DNA from: Marsupella aquatica
Taxonomy: Eukaryota > Plantae > Marchantiophyta
Reading direction: 5' to 3'
NCBI GenBank assembly: GCA_973895155.1
Contig: OZ316893.1
Coordinates: 4,578,977-4,642,976 of the forward strand
Length of the DNA stretch: 64,000 bases
Below, piece after piece: positions 1 through 13,149 of the stretch; within the stretch, counting starts at the first letter, position 1; every line of letters starts with the position of its first letter. The notes beneath the pieces were generated by a model that saw nothing but the letters and a program-made list of their open reading frames with translations, was not told where the DNA came from and did no database searches. The position numbers and the translations under genes are program-made.

Positions 1-660
1 TTCCAGACACGTCACAACGGACATTTTGGTCACGGTCCTTTTGGACAAATGACGCTAAAAACATGTGGTCATTTCATACTATCCTAAATGACCGTTTTTA
101 TGATATGGTCATAAATGTTGAACGGTCCAAAATGACGACACAAATCACCATCGACGGTCAATTGCCGTTGACCGTCGATGGTCCCCGTACCCAATCACAC
201 AACGACACGTGGCAATAAAAAAACTAATAACATTGGTCATTTTGGACAGTCCAAAATGACGTACATTATATAACAAATCAAATAGTGACACGTGGTTCAA
301 AGAGGATTCACCATTTGGCAATATATTTGGGTCATTTTGGACGTGTCCAAAATGACTACAGTATAAACAAGTCATATTGAGACACGTGGTTCAATTGGGA
401 GAAGACACGTAAAGATACACATTAGTCATTAATGACATGTCTTGAATGACATAAAGTGAGTCATAGTGGACTTGTTTATAATGACCATGAGAAAGGTCAT
501 TGTATATGTCATTCTTTGAATCATTTAGTCTATGTCTTTAATGACCAGAGTTGAGTCATATTGGTCACAAAGATAGTTGTGAATAATGACCATTACATCA
601 GTCATTCTAGCTAGTCATTTAGTCATTCAAGCCAATCATTCAGACGAAGTATTCAATGAT
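1..660. repeat. Left subterminal repeat region of CACTA element 1
   Basis: Many direct and inverted copies of (g)gtcat(t)/aatgac, the same motif found next to the right TIR. Confidence 0.8.
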
Positions 661-994
661 TTGGAGAAATTCAAATTTAAGTGATCATGATAGATAAAAC
701 TTGATGTCAATCAAAAATCATATATTACAAAGCCATTCAATAGAGTTGCTAAATGAAAACTTAAAGAAACATTCGATATATATCACAAATCCAATTGATA
801 TTCATACAAGATACCTTCATAAGTCTCACGGTAAATATTGAACTCAATGCAAATTTATGAAACAAAATTACATTGACATCAATAATATTAGATTGTCAAT
901 TGTTACAACCTGACATACCAATCACTCTGCATGTTTATAGAAAAACAGAGTTGTCATTCTATCATGTCTATTGTTTCTTGATAGAGTGCTATTT

Positions 995-3830
995 CTATTG
1001 CTTCTTAAGCAATCTAGAGTTCCATAGGGCATTCATCCCTTTCACATCAGATAATTTAGACTGGTTCTCCCCTGAATTGGCAAATGGCAATGCCACATCT
1101 ACAAACACTTCAATCACACGCACTCGCAAGAAAGGGCTTTCAAAATCTGCACAATGAAACTTATCTTCTCCTGGCAGCCCTGTCACCTCACCTTCTGCCA
1201 CTATCATGGAATTGTCCACAACGCTCTTCATCTTCACCAAATCTCCTCTTGCAAACTGTGAACAACACATTTTGTTAAAAATGCAATAAACAGAAATTGA
1301 AAGATAGAAGAACACTCAAATCAAACACACATTTACCTTTGCAACGGGGTTAGGAGACTGCATTGGTTTCTTCTGTGCAGGTGATGCATTTGCTGAGGAT
1401 CCTTTCTTCCTTTTCTTCTTTCCCTTTCTAGTTGATGGAGTGTCATCCTGTTCACTTGGAATGGGAGTTTCTTTTGGCAACTCAGATGATTCTGGGGTTA
1501 CATCTGGTGTCAACTGAGTCGACTTATCCTCTGGCAACTGAAAGACATCTGAAATGGCTTCTTTGGGCAACTTAGATGGCAAAAGGTTCACTTCCAATTC
1601 AGTTTGCTTTAGAGTACTGTTAGCTGTGTCAGTTGGTCTTCCCTGCGACACAGGAGGCTCCCCTAAAGATGCTGTCATAAAACACACACAAAAGAAATGC
1701 ATAAACAAACATGTATACACCAGCAACATATAATCACACTAAAAACATGCAAGAACATTATAAACATGCAATGACATATACACATCACAATAATTACATT
1801 GAATGGACAGTGTATACATGATAGAGAATTTTACCTTCATTATCGCCTGAAAAAGTAAGAGATCGCTTTCTACTACCTTGTTTGGTAGTTGTAGTCAACT
1901 TACTGTGACTAGGCACAACTGTTGGAACTTGTGCATTACTGGGGTGATGTGCCATCCACGTAGTCATCATGTTTGTCAACTCCCTCACAGTGCCTTTCAA
2001 CTCAGCGACATCCAATTTCACAGCCCCAATGGCAGTGATCTCTTCTTTTGAATGTGGGGTCTGTAAATGAACCACAAACCAACACAACAGTCTCACTGTC
2101 AAACTTACAAACGACACAACACTGGCTCTGTCAAATGGAGAATGATGTACAAATCAAATTGGTATGACAATACTCACAGCTGATCCATGTCTGTTTCCTT
2201 GCCCCAGTAAGCTAGCACTTTTACCCTCCCCACTTGCCAATGATGGGCTCACCTTTGCTCCCACAAAACTACCAGTCTGACCTTCTGCACTTGCCAATGA
2301 TGGGCTCATTGTCACCTTTGGCAATGAACCCTGACTACCATGGTTTTCTTTCAGGTCAGATATACCTGGGCTTGATCCTCTCTTCTGCTTCTGTTCAAAC
2401 ACACAATGAATGAGAAATCACAGAGTTTGTTTTCATCAAGATTCACAAACAAGACAGAATTGATAGTGAAAATGATAGACAATTTACCATTCTCTTTGCT
2501 GCTGCAGCATGCCCTCCCCTTCCAAAGTGAGAGGTATCTTGCACTCGTGCTCTTTTATCAGTCATCTGTTTACTCAAAGATATCAATGCTGGACTGGTAA
2601 AATGAGATACCAAAGCTGCCCATTTCTTTGGATCAACACCAGATGGCCCAAGTTTGGTTGGATCCTCATTGCAAACTTTCTTCCAATAAACATGCATTTT
2701 ATGGCGCTCTCTCTTCAATATGCCACGACAATGACTCTGGAATTTGGTGTTAATAAATTCCCCACCCACATACTCCCACTCAGCTGCCATGTTATTCCAC
2801 ACTGTGGTTGTATGAACTTGTGGATGATCAGTCCATTTTGGCTTTGATACATCAAAGACTCTGAGTACGTTGCCACGAAGTTCCTCCAGCCAGTATTGTT
2901 TGTTGCCATCAGAATCATCAATATCATTGTCATAAATCTGCATTTCATAGACAATGTCAGATCATAACTCTGGAATTTATGCAGAGTCCAGGTTTTATAC
3001 ACACAACAACAGAGAGGATCAGATTTGTCTAAATCTACAAACAAGTACAATACTCACTTTAATGTGTTTGGGCACCTCTCCGCAATCCCTTCGTTGTTTG
3101 GCAGTATTATCAAACTGCTTCTTAGCATGCCTTCGTTCCCTGCGCATCTCAGAGGCCCCTCCTGCAATGCACACACATGCATTCAATCAAAAAATATGTA
3201 CATGATTGAAAAGTTGAGCAAATGTACTTGCATATGCAACACGAGCAGATTGTGTATTACCTGAAGATCCTCTGGAATGTAGTACATCAGATTGACCTGA
3301 TCTGCCTTCAGATGCTGATGGAACCACTAAACAAACACACAACACCAAAGCACTTCAATTAATTTCATTTCCAAGTAGAATATCAACTTCCAAACACACC
3401 TGAAAAGTAGAACAGTACAATCCACTCACTTTCATATAAGAGTCCAGTGTCTGGGTCTTTCCAACATCTCACTAGCCCACCTCCACCAGGCCCAGTCTTC
3501 TTAGGACCACGATTTTGTTTCTGTACCTACATCATGGACAACGTAAGCATATCAACATATAATTTGAAAAAGGGACAAGGATCCCTTCCTATTAGGATGA
3601 TGAAGTTCAAGCATTACCTGTTGTGCACTCTCTGGTTCTGACCCTCCAATGTCAGAATCCTCAGTGTCATACTCAGAAGGAGAACCATAGCCATCATCAC
3701 CAAACTCTGCCATGTTCACCTTGGTAACTTCTGATAGTCTAGAGCTCCTCCTCTTTGGCAATGTTTCAGTTGAAGTACCTTTCACCAAAGCAGGCTTTCC
3801 TCTCTCTCGTTGTACATGTGTGGTTGGGCC
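995..3830 (-). CDS. tnpA: TnpA-like multi-exon gene (Ptta/En-Spm Transposase_24-like domain plus C-terminal Tnp1/Transposase_23-like domain); exon limits approximate
   Basis: Exon 2443-2943 reads ...KWAALVSHFTSPALISLSKQMTDKRARVQDTSHFGRGG, matching the W..LV.H..S...S....R....H..G pattern. The last exon 995-1260 reads GDLVKMKS...VAEGEV...FHC...RVRVIEV..DVALP...W. Low-complexity S/P/K exons lie between them, with GT-AG flanks. Confidence 0.75.
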
Positions 3831-4260
3831 TCTAAGGAACAAAGCAATCATCAACATACACCAATGCAGATCAAACATACATGCAAAATGAATCTACAAC
3901 ACCATAACACTAGTACTTATGTACAGGATCCATACTAGTATGAGACCAATCTGGAATATGAAAACAGAACATGAACCTGACAACTCCATCTACTGAATCA
4001 AATTTGCAATAGACATATCAACACACACATCAGCTTGCAGTCTGGCCCCAGTCCTAGATCACGCATAATTCTGACATTATGCTCTATGTTCCGATTTCGG
4101 GCCTCCTCATAAGGATTCACAGAATGTGACAACCCTTGCAATCTTCCTTTCACAGGCTGCATTCACCAACTGCACAAATGGATAAACCATTAGTCTGATT
4201 TCATAAATAGTCCATACATGTAGTCCATCTATGGACTTCACACACCTAGCTAAAACCTAT

Positions 4261-7200
4261 TCACTGCTTAGGCCTGCCCTTTCTTGCAGATCCCTCTGCA
4301 TCTCTGCCTCGTTTGGGACCAGTACTTGGTCCTGGATTTTCTCTGGACCTACAGGCCTTAGCCAATTCGATGTGTAATTTGACATTGTTTTCCATTGTAG
4401 CATGGAAATCAACGTCTGTGTAATCACCTAACACCCTTGTGGACCTGGATTCTTTGTGGAGGATTGTTCTCCATGCTATCCCCTTCTCATTGGGGTGGAA
4501 GAAAACCTGCTCCACTTGCTTTGGGAAAACGTAATCCATTTTCTTGGACACACCCAGTTCTCTATGGAAATTCACCTGCCAAAGACCAGACTTGGTATAC
4601 CTCATACTGGCAGAGGATTTAGGAGTCCATGATGGATCTGCCCATTTCCCTTTGAAAAGAATCACCTCTTTCCTCAAGCTGCCATAATTCAGTACCAAGA
4701 TATCTGTCAAGGCCCCTACATACTGTACAGATTCTTCTATGGTTGCACCAGACCTGTCCACTCGCTTCTCAGTGAATGTAGAAGCCATCCCAGAATCAAA
4801 AGTGCTGAAAGCACCAGAATCACAATCACTCAAACACCCCAAGGATGGAATAGTCCTCCAATGGTGCCCATAGGCTCTACATGCCCTATACAGTCGTGCC
4901 TTCAAACTAGGTGGTGTGGAGTATGCAGATAGTAATGACCGCTCAGACTCTTTCTCAAAATTATGGGTATTGACTAATGTTTGAAACCATTCCCTGAAAG
5001 GTGGCAATTCTTGGCAGTCTACGGGAAATTCCACTGGTTTTCTTCGATTGGCAGGCTTCCTCATCCACTCCTTCCGGAAATCCACTCTTCGTTTGGTAAC
5101 AGTCTCATTGGTAGCATCATATATCCTGCATGGCAACAACAACACTGAAGACATTAGTGCACGATCCACCATGAATATACAAACACAATGGGGAAACATA
5201 ATTATGATCCATATGCCTAAGGATAGGAGAGTTTCTAGGGTTTATGTACCTATACCATGGAGCCACTGTCTCTTCATTCTCTAATATATAATGATGCATG
5301 GCCATCATTTCAGACCAATCCAAAGTTATCGCCTTTGCAGCCCCTTCCAAAACAATGCCTGCAACGCCAGCATCCTCCTCCAACTCCCAGGTTCGTTTTC
5401 CCTCTCCCTTTGCATCAATCATGTATTCAGAAAGAAATCCCAAAGACTCATCTAATACATAGCCTTCAGCCATAGAAGCCTCTGGACGTGCCTTGTTTCG
5501 TACATAACCCTTCAATACCTTCAGGTTCCTCTCTATTGGGTACATCCATCTGCCTGTAACTGGGCCACACAAGTCTAATTCCTCCACTAGGTGAATCATT
5601 AAATGGGTCATGACATCAAAGAAGCTTGGTGGAAAATGGATTTCCAAAATGCAGAGAGTGAATGCAACATCCATCATCAAATTCTCATACATTGAAGGGT
5701 CCCACACCTTCGTACAGATCTGGCGATAGATATTGCTCACCCCAGCTATGGCCAAGCGAACCCCTTCATCAAGTAATCCCATTGTTGCCAGAGGGAGAAT
5801 CTGTTGCATGAGTTGGTGGAAATCATGTGATTTCAACCCAGAGAGTTTCTTGGATTTTGTAACACACTTTGCCAAAGAACTTGAAAAACCAGTGGGCCCT
5901 TTCAAGGTCAATAAAACCTCCAAGAACCTTGTTCTTTCCTTCTTGCTCAGGCAATATGGGGCTGGGGGCATCAACAATTTGTCATCCTTACGCTTGGGAG
6001 CTGGATTGGGTACAAGCCATAGGTGTTGGCGCACCTGTAAGAGCTTCATGTCTTCTCTCACAGAAGGAGTGTCCTTGGTCCCAATGATAGTGTGCACAAT
6101 GTTGTGTGCAAGATTCTTCTCACAGTGCATGGGATCTAGACAATGGTTAATGAGTAGTTTCTGCAGTGGACACACAATTCAGAAATTAGGGCATTGAATA
6201 CAACTTTTGGCATCACTGGGCAGTAGTTTGTGCAGTGGACACAATTCAGAAATTAGTGCATTGAATACAACAATTACAAAATCTGGGCTACAGGAAGTAT
6301 ATGAAGAGAATATATTTCAAAGTCATATGAAGAGATTGCAGAAATTCATTGTAGTAGTATGGAGTCTTACATTCCAATAGGGCAACTTGTACAGACCAGT
6401 AGCCCTCTTCACTCCATGCACCTTTATGGGGCATTTCTCATCCTCAACCTTGGTTCCTCCCTTCTTCAAATATTCTGTTGTCTCGTCTCCCCACTTCTTT
6501 CTATCAGAGCTTGTCATTCTACACGGTGCAGGTCGACTCTCAATTGCACCATCAAAGTATTGTGCACTATCTGGTCTACGAAAAAGATGCCTTGTTGCTA
6601 ACCATCGACGGTGGCCACTGTACTCTAATTTCTGCAAGTGCTTAGAACCACGTGCCACACATTCTGGCCCACAGATGACACATCCTTTGTATCCAGAGTG
6701 TTGTTGTCCAGATATTAAACCATATGCAGGGTAATCATTGATTGTCCACAATAGCACAGCCCTAAGGTTGAAGTGTTGAGACAATCCTGGGCGTGGCAAT
6801 TTGTCAAAGCAGGGCACTCCTTTCTTCCACAACAGCTCCAACTCCTCATAGAATGGGCCCAATATTATGTCTAGCTGTTCCTCTGTTACTGAATCAGGTC
6901 CTGGAATCAGCATAGCTAGCATGACAAAGAACTTCTTGGTGGTAAGCCAAGGAGGTAAATTGTAATTCAACAACAGTATTGGCCAGGTAGACCAAGCTGT
7001 GGAATTATTCCCAAAGGGATTCACCCCATCAAGTGCCAACCCAAATCGCACATTCCTTGGTTCAGCTGCAAATTCCCGATCAATATTTGTATCCACATGC
7101 TTCCAAGCCTTTGAATCTGCTGCGTGCCGAACCATGTTGTCTGTGCTTCTATTCTCATGATGCCAAGTCATGAGTTTAGATGTACCAGCAGTGGCATACA

Positions 7201-8254
7201 ATCTCTTCAACCTGGGAATTATAGGGAAATACCGCACTACCTTCCTTGCCTGTAATGAATTCCCCACTCTCTTCATCTTGGGCTGCTGACACACTGAACA
7301 GTTTTCTAACTTGGCATTCTCACCCCTAAAGAGCATACAACCTTTCTCACAGACAGGGATTCTCTCATAATCCAAGCCAAGCTTTCTCAATAGCTGCTTT
7401 GCAGCATATAAGTTCTTGGGCAGATTATGCTCTGTAGGCATACCATGCTCCCCCATCAAAGACAACAATGCATTCACTCCTTTGTTTGAGAATCCATGGC
7501 CATGACAGATGTTCAGCAGAAGCAACATGAATGACACAACATCTATTTTGCTGCCTGGGAACAAAGGTTGCATTGCTGCATCTAAAGATAACTGTGCAGG
7601 ATCAGTCTCCACAGGAGTTTTGGAGGTTTCAAGGGGGTTTACAGGATGGGCACCTCCTTCACTCTCATCATCCCCAAGTACAAAATCCAAGTCAAAACGG
7701 TCCTGATCATCTAGCTCATGCTCAGGGGATTCTTCACTGGTTCTCAGCAACGTTTCTTCCAGTAGAGCCCTGATATGTTCTTCGACATCTATAGTTGGAT
7801 GTTCTTGAACATCCACAGTTGGATACTCTGGAACATCCACAGTTGGATACTCTGGAACATCTACAAATAAATGTTCTTCAACATCTACAGTTGGCTGTTG
7901 TGCACAGGTTGCCTGCTGAAGGTTTGCTACCCTCAATGCCTCAGGGCCATGTTGTGACATGTAGTCAGCACCCCACTCTTCATCAGAAGAGTCCTGTCCC
8001 TCTCCCACCCACACTCGACATGCAGGGTACCGACCATGTTTAATAAGGTGCAGTCTAGCAGTATTCCGATTAGTCCTATAATTCCCTTTGCAGTTCACAC
8101 AAGGGCAGTACATCTTATGGTCCCCACTCTTGTGGCAGGCCTTCTGTTCTCGAACCCACAAAGCATCATCACGATGTTGTACTCTAGCTGGATGGAAGAG
8201 CGGCAACTTTGGAGTTCTACCCACACCTAACGTATTCTGTGGCAATTGTGCCAT
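4261..8254 (-). CDS. tnpD: CACTA TnpD DDE transposase, 3 exons (~8254-6371, ~6160-5250, ~5125-4261)
   Basis: N-terminal CPCxxC...HL..HG motif. Transposase_21 motifs RYFPIIPRLKRLY, HAADSKAWKH, EPRNVRFGLALDGVNPF, WPILLLNYNLPPW and WTINDYPAYG. DUF4218-type motifs LDPMHCEKN, GLKSHDFH and GPVTGRWMYPIER. DUF4216-type motifs LFKGKW and FPKQVEQVFF. No stops within exons; GT-AG introns at ~6370-6161 and ~5249-5126. Confidence 0.95.
7785..7900 (-). repeat. 24-bp coding tandem repeat (PTVDVPEY-type, ~5 copies) in the TnpD N-terminal linker
   Basis: catccacagttggatactctggaa repeats; translation PTVDVEEH/LFVDVPEY/PTVDVPEY/PTVDVQEH/PTIDVEEH. Confidence 0.85.
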
Positions 8255-8851
8255 GCTAGCTTGATTGAAATTGTATTCAAACTATGATTTTCAAACTGAA
8301 TCAGAGTGACATGCATACAAAATTGGGCCTACCGTCACAGTTGTACAACCGATGCCAACCACAGTCCAATTGCTCAAACCCACAGAGCCCAGTTTCTCAA
8401 ATCCACTGTAGTAGGGCACCTTCTCCTTGCATACAAATAGAGCATCACATACAGTGTCATCAGAATGATACTATGAACGTAAATCTCTGTGCCTTCATCA
8501 TTTCCAGTATTTGTTTGCCTATTAGGAATGTGAGCAGACAGGTCTGGAATAAGTAACGTTTGTGACACCAGTGACAAATTTACAAGTGAAGTTTAGACAT
8601 CAATATGGAGGAAAGTCACACTCAAAGTACATGCTTGAAAATCAGAATCCTACCCTGGAAAAGATAATAAAGTTGATTTCTCAAAATTAATTGCCTCAAT
8701 CCGCAATGCACTGTCGTAGAGTGTGTATACATGAGGAGTTCATCAAACTGCATATAAATAGTCCACATGTTTTAGCACTCTGAAAATTGTTTAAGTCCAC
8801 GTGAAACCATCAAAAAGCTCTATCTCAAGTTTGTGTTCGATCCAGCCTCAA

Positions 8852-9511
8852 TCAAATCCAAGATATGTGGCTCCTAGCAGGAGTGCCTAGTGTAGGGTCA
8901 ATGTCATGGTCAGGACAGTAAAACATCCCCTTCTTGGGCTGCCCATGCGCTGAGTGATCCCAAATTGTTCGATCATGGGCAAATCCCCTCTGCTGGATAA
9001 ACAGCAGGCAGTCTTTGTGCCATGCCTTAGGACACCTCATGCACTGAACCAAAAAGCCATTAGCCCCATCATTGGGCCCCTGTCCACAAGTAAGACAAAT
9101 ATGGAGTCCACATGATGCTGTGCCAGGAACCAAACACTGCCGACAGTAAAACCGGGCACAGAGAGAGTCTGGACATTTTCTTACCTCTTCACCAATTTTT
9201 CCAGACACATGGCACTTAAAGCAAGAATGTTCCTCATTCTTGCAATCAACACAAAGCCATTCTCCAACATGGCCATCAGCGAGGGATATAGTTGGGCATA
9301 GCCATTGCTGACCCAAAGGACAGGAAACATTCTTATGGAAATGTCGGTGGCAAGGCCCATCACAAACAATGAGATCCCCTCCCTCATCACAAATCGCACA
9401 TACATGTGGACTATTCTGGTTAATCTCAATGTCTGAATATAAGGACAATTGAGGTGCTTGAGAGGATTCACCTCTGCAACGATTCATGGCCTTCTGCTTA
9501 TTGCGAGCCAT
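8852..9511 (-). CDS. Stand-alone EDM2/NSD-type composite PHD-finger protein (~219 aa) inside CACTA element 1
   Basis: CAICDEGGDLIVCDGPCHRHFH...WLCVDC...HSCFKC...KC...C.RFYC..C...CGLHICLTC...QCMRCPKAWHKDCL...RTIWD...FYCPDHDIDPTLGTPARSHI. This follows the plant EDM2 PHD cassette, including its C-terminal YC..H.ID..L.TP.R.H motif. Splice acceptor at ~9515 and ATG at 9511. The ORF is uninterrupted. Confidence 0.85.
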   Translation of the reverse strand: MARNKQKAMNRCRGESSQAPQLSLYSDIEINQNSPHVCAICDEGGDLIVCDGPCHRHFHKNVSCPLGQQWLCPTISLADGHVGEWLCVDCKNEEHSCFKCHVSGKIGEEVRKCPDSLCARFYCRQCLVPGTASCGLHICLTCGQGPNDGANGFLVQCMRCPKAWHKDCLLFIQQRGFAHDRTIWDHSAHGQPKKGMFYCPDHDIDPTLGTPARSHISWI

Positions 9512-11849
9512 GGTCCTGCACACTCAGACCCTACATCAGATTGTGAAACAAGAAGGAATAACAGGGTGCAGTATGACACAAAAGAATGAGGGTGCAGCAT
9601 AAAATATGACATGTAACCACAAGGGTGCAACATAAACCAATGCTTTATAGATGGCAAAGCATTTAGGACTGAGCAGCGCAAATAACCTTGGCCTAGATGA
9701 TTGGAAGCAATCACAAATATTGCAACCTGTATGCCTTTGCTTGCTGTACAGCAGTGCTCACTCACCCTGCCTTTTTAAAATCTGTAAGGGCAACACAGAA
9801 AAAATAGCAATTGAGTTTCAGCAAAGCATTCATTTGGCTCTCAAGTTTTAAAATGGACAGAGCAAACACAACAATGTGCACAACAAAGCACAGAGAGCAA
9901 CAAAACTCCAGCAAACTGGGACTCAGGCAAGAGATACGAATTTTAGCAGCGAAATCAAATCAAGATTCGGACCTGTGAGTTCAACATGCAGTGCTCACTC
10001 ACCCTGCCCTTTTTTAAATCTGTAAAAATCAAGTTTTATTGTGTGCCTTCTACATCTTAAGCTGCTGCACACATCTGTTACAGAACCATAAGTTGCTTTA
10101 CTCTCAACAAGCTGCTGGTCCACCCACTTTTTCAAAAGCTGCACCGTACTCTATCTTCGTGCACAAATGACTATACCGGGCTGCTGTCAGAGACCCTTAC
10201 GAAGGATTTAAAATTGACCAAGCTGATTTTAGTTTAGTTTTGTCCAGTTTGCAGACCAAAGGAAATCATGTGGCTGTATTCATGGAGTTGTATTCATTGC
10301 TGTGTATGGATGTTGTGTGAACATCAGACAGTTAGCTGTAAATTACCATAGTTGAAGAGCAAGGCTTGTACAAAAGCCACTAAGGAATTCTCTGAGGTGG
10401 CACAGCAGTTGGCAAACCACACACGAAACTCTGAAACTTTTTGGCGACAAAATTCTACAGAGTCGCTGCTGGAATCAAGTGAGGATTCACCATACATGCT
10501 TGCACTTCTCTTCAGTAAAAAAAAGAGAAAAGAAAAGGGCTATGATACAGAGGGATGTCAAAAGAAGAGTAAGGAAACCAATTCATTGAGGAACATAGAC
10601 AGACTAAGGAAAACATCATACAATGGAAAACTAAGGACTACATTGTAATAATAAGAGATCAAGCTCACCTTGCACCACAAACATTGTCAGACGACAACAA
10701 GACAACAAACTGAATTGAACATAGCAGACAAATCCAACAAGTAGCAATCAGAAATCAACAGCAGACAGACAAAGGACAACTTGGTCAGAACTCGGGCACT
10801 TGATTCAGTTGTGGTAAATAGCTGTTCAGGTTCTGGACAAGCAAGAGCAATACGTGAGCAGACTCCAGAAAAATCATCTCTTGAGATTGAGGAGAAAGGC
10901 ATTTCCCAGCCAGCTTACTTATGTCTTGAAAAATGTATCGGACATCGTGGACGCTGGGCCTCAGCTGCTGGCCGCAAGGGAAGATTTTGCCAAAACAAAC
11001 AATAAAGCTCGAAGATAGTTAAATTTCTTAGGTCTTTCTAAATGGGGACTGAATTAGCAATTAGAACCAGTAAACCCTGATCTTGGGCAGGCAGAGAGAG
11101 AAGAGTCCGCGCCTAATACTTATGTCTACCCGAATTTTACTGGGACATATGAGCATTGGGATGCCATTGCAAAGCAGAATTTTGTAGCAGTGGAAGGAAT
11201 CAACATAGATAGCAGTGGAAGGTCGCAGTGGAGCTAGCATGGTACAGGGAAGGAAATGCAGGCATTGTGCGAGAAAGTGCAATGGCTAGTTCTATGGGAT
11301 TTCCTTCTCCAATCCATGACAGTGCCGACGACACGCACAACTGCTACAATCAGTGCGCGTCCAGGATGCTCCATCGCATCACGTCAGGGAACTCAACATT
11401 CTAGACATTCGAAAACTGCATTCACATTTCTCTGCAAAGGGAACTCAACATTGTAGACATTCAAAAACTGGTGCAAAACTCAGGCACTTAGAGAGAGAGG
11501 GACAGAGAGAGAGCGAGAAAGAGAGAGCAAATAGTCTCTTAGCAATCGGAGCTTCTCTGTCATTGCCATAAGCATACTAGCAGACACTAAGCAACAGAAC
11601 AAGAAGGCAACATTGGATTCATGGACTGACAGCACATTGGTAGCACATTGGCAAAAGCAAAGCAAAAATGCAGAATGAACAAATGGCCAGAAGGGGAAGA
11701 AGCGCAAAATTGCACAACTGACCTTCTCGCACCTCAGCCCAAACTCGCTCCCACAGATATAAGTTCTCGCAGCTCCTTGATGGAACCTCCTGTAGGTTCT
11801 CGCCGATTGCAACTCCTCACCCACAGCTTCTTGCCGATTGTAGCTTGCT

Positions 11850-12030
11850 GCTGATTGCAACTCGTCGCTGATTTGCAGCTCGTCCTCCGCTCCTCACCCG
11901 CAGCTTATCGCCGATTGTAGGTCGTCCTCCGCTCCTCGCCCGCAGCTTATCGCCGATTGCAGCTCATCCTCCGCTCCTCACCCGCAGCTTATCGCCGATT
12001 GCAGCTCATCCTCCGCTCCTCACCCGCAAC
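11850..12030. repeat. ~41-bp GC-rich tandem repeat, probably in the 5' leader of element 1
   Basis: tcctccgctcctcacccgcagcttatcgccgattgcagc occurs about 4 times. Confidence 0.85.
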
Positions 12031-12599
12031 AATGACAAATGTAAAGAAGCTATTGCCTTGACCCTGCAATCGGGCACTCCAAAGCCCGAATGTCCTCCAA
12101 AGCGCAGGGTCCTCCAAAGAAGCTCCCAAGTCCTACCGAGGTGCTCCGCCGACCGCGCGCAACAAGCTCAAAAACAATTGTAGCCTGAATGGCTTCGGGT
12201 CGGAGCTCCTCCTCTAAACCTTGCAAATGGTCACTAAAACAATGCCACGTCCAACGCTTCACTCAAACAATGCCTCACCCAATGCTTGCCCGAACAATGC
12301 CTCGCCCAACGCTTCGAAGGGTGTCGAAGCTTGGTGGAATGGAGCACAACGCTGCGCAACCCTAAGCCCTTGCAATGTGCACACAAAGGCATGCCAAGAA
12401 ATGAGCACATCGAGCGTTGCCCTCTCGATGTTTTTTCAGGAAAAAGGGCTCCTGTTGGTACGCAAGAACACTTAGCGGGAAAAACCTAATGCTAGACCCC
12501 TAAAGCCCGTAAAGGTAAGGTATTCTGTTGGATGGGGATGGTGGATATTGTGGGTCATTAATTAGGGTTATATTCTGACAATATCTCTCACATGTCTGG

Positions 12600-12785
12600 A
12601 CCCCCCATAAGGCCCTAGGGAAGTTGAGACTAGGTTAATAACAATGTAAACCCCCCCCCCCATAAGGCCCTAGGGAAATACCAACTATAGAGGTTAATAA
12701 CAAGGTCCGGACGCCCCCATAAGGCCCTAAGTAGGGAAGGCAAGGTTAATAACTCATAATGTCACGACCCCCCCCATAAGGTCAT
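12600..12785. repeat. Four ~55-60-bp repeats (ccccccataaggcccta...ggttaataac), possible promoter-proximal element
   Basis: Copies at ~12601, 12655, 12714 and 12768. Confidence 0.7.
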
Positions 12786-13149
12786 GGCTGTTTGTGTAGG
12801 TGCCAACAAGAATGTTAAGGACCAATGTTATATATAAAAAATGATGCTAGCGATATAAAAGGTCCGATATATGCCCGCGATATAAACCCATAACCCGCAT
12901 GCATGAACACCATTTTGGACTACCTTATTGTCTCACCATATGATAGTGATACTCATCCAAATATTAGCATTTAATAGCTCTCCACTCCTGACTCAATTGA
13001 GAGAAACCCTCATTCATGACTCAAGCACAATTATAGGGTCCCTTACATGCTACATGACCACTACATATGAGGCTATGTTGTGTAAGAGTTTTTGAGAGCA
13101 TTACACCAAAGCATTAATAAGTGAGCCTTCCCATGACTATATGACCTCC

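Noticed and set aside
10352-12489. Short ORFs in the element 1 leader region
   Set aside because: No motifs; the sequence looks like introns, UTR exons and simple repeats.
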